A program made the translations under genes and the position numbers. The notes beneath the pieces were generated by a model that saw only the letters and a list, made by a program, of their open reading frames with translations, was not told the origin of the DNA and did no database searches. Positions 63,484 to 64,000 of a stretch of DNA of 64,000 bases are shown here, piece after piece (position 1 is the first letter of the stretch; the number at the start of each line of letters is the position of its first letter). Source of the DNA: an uncultured Spirochaetota bacterium (GTDB taxonomy: Bacteria; Spirochaetota; Brevinematia; Brevinematales; JAOACQ01); NCBI GenBank assembly GCA_963783575.1, contig CAWAOD010000014.1, positions 160,001-224,000 on the forward strand, given 5' to 3'.

Positions 63484-64000
63484 TATCGGTAAACTCTTCA
63501 ATATCATTCTGGAAACTTTCTATTGTTGATGAAGCCAATTTTGAAGTAAATTCTTTTTTATCATTGAAAACAGAGCTATATTTTTCATAAACTTCCATAG
63601 TTTTATCTTTTTGACCGGAATCATCATACAATTTTGCTAATATCAAAACAACACGCGAGTCATTCGGATATTTACTGAGATAATCATTGCACATTTCAAT
63701 TGATTTAGCCCAGTCTTTCCTTTCAATGTGAATCCTAATTAAGCCTATCATTCCATATTTATTCGAGCTGTTGGATAATACTTCAAGGTAAATTTTCTCT
63801 GCTTCATCAGGTTTACCGATTTTTATCAGACAGTCCCCCAATCTTGTTAATATCCTGTCATTATTTGGTTCCTTACTGAGTATTTTCTTCCAGTATTTTA
63901 TGGCATCACGGAATCTCTTTTTGCCCCGCAAGCAATCGGCAATGCCATACAAAGCATAAAAATTGTTCCTGTCTATCTCAAGGGCTTTCTGGTAGTAATC
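63473..64000 (-). CDS. TPR repeat protein, 5' end outside window
   Basis: Frame open to 64000 (DYYQKALEIDRNNFYALYGIADCLRG..); consecutive TPRs. Confidence 0.85.
   Translation of the reverse strand, partial: DYYQKALEIDRNNFYALYGIADCLRGKKRFRDAIKYWKKILSKEPNNDRILTRLGDCLIKIGKPDEAEKIYLEVLSNSSNKYGMIGLIRIHIERKDWAKSIEMCNDYLSKYPNDSRVVLILAKLYDDSGQKDKTMEVYEKYSSVFNDKKEFTSKLASSTIESFQNDIEEFTDNES

Overview
AT-rich bacterial chromosomal window; gene content (LptF/G, LpxL-like acyltransferase, BatD, many lipoproteins and TPR proteins) suggests a diderm, possibly spirochaete-like organism (inference only). Layout: (1) 1-12.5 kb is a co-directional accessory cluster abutting the 3' end of tRNA-Ser(GGA). It encodes a GIN-domain protein, an alpha/beta hydrolase lipoprotein, an exported cysteine hydrolase, two GT39-type glycosyltransferases, secreted ankyrin / serine-hydrolase / ankyrin-hydrolase fusion proteins sharing one leader, and a membrane protein plus winged-helix regulator. 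(2) Housekeeping and envelope genes: sppA, two lptF-like plus one lptG-like, pfk, polyprenol-P-mannose synthase, batD, mtnP, tsaE, parvulin PPIase, rnr, acyltransferase. (3) A complete IS1380-family element (34027-37751, 16-bp TIRs, 5-bp CTTTA target duplication) whose transposase is split by an antisense group II intron (34326-36341) starting with non-canonical GUACG. (4) Macrodomain, hybrid histidine kinase, three tRNAs, TetR/aminotransferase with a visible operator, ileS, proS operon (corC-like, thpR, surE, thioesterase). (5) A full-length DnaE (Pol III alpha) homologue lacking two of the three catalytic aspartates and several other active-site residues, a candidate pseudo-polymerase. At least eight apparent single-base frameshifts, some in conserved genes, point to assembly indel errors rather than real pseudogenes. 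All family assignments come from motif recognition by eye, not database searches.
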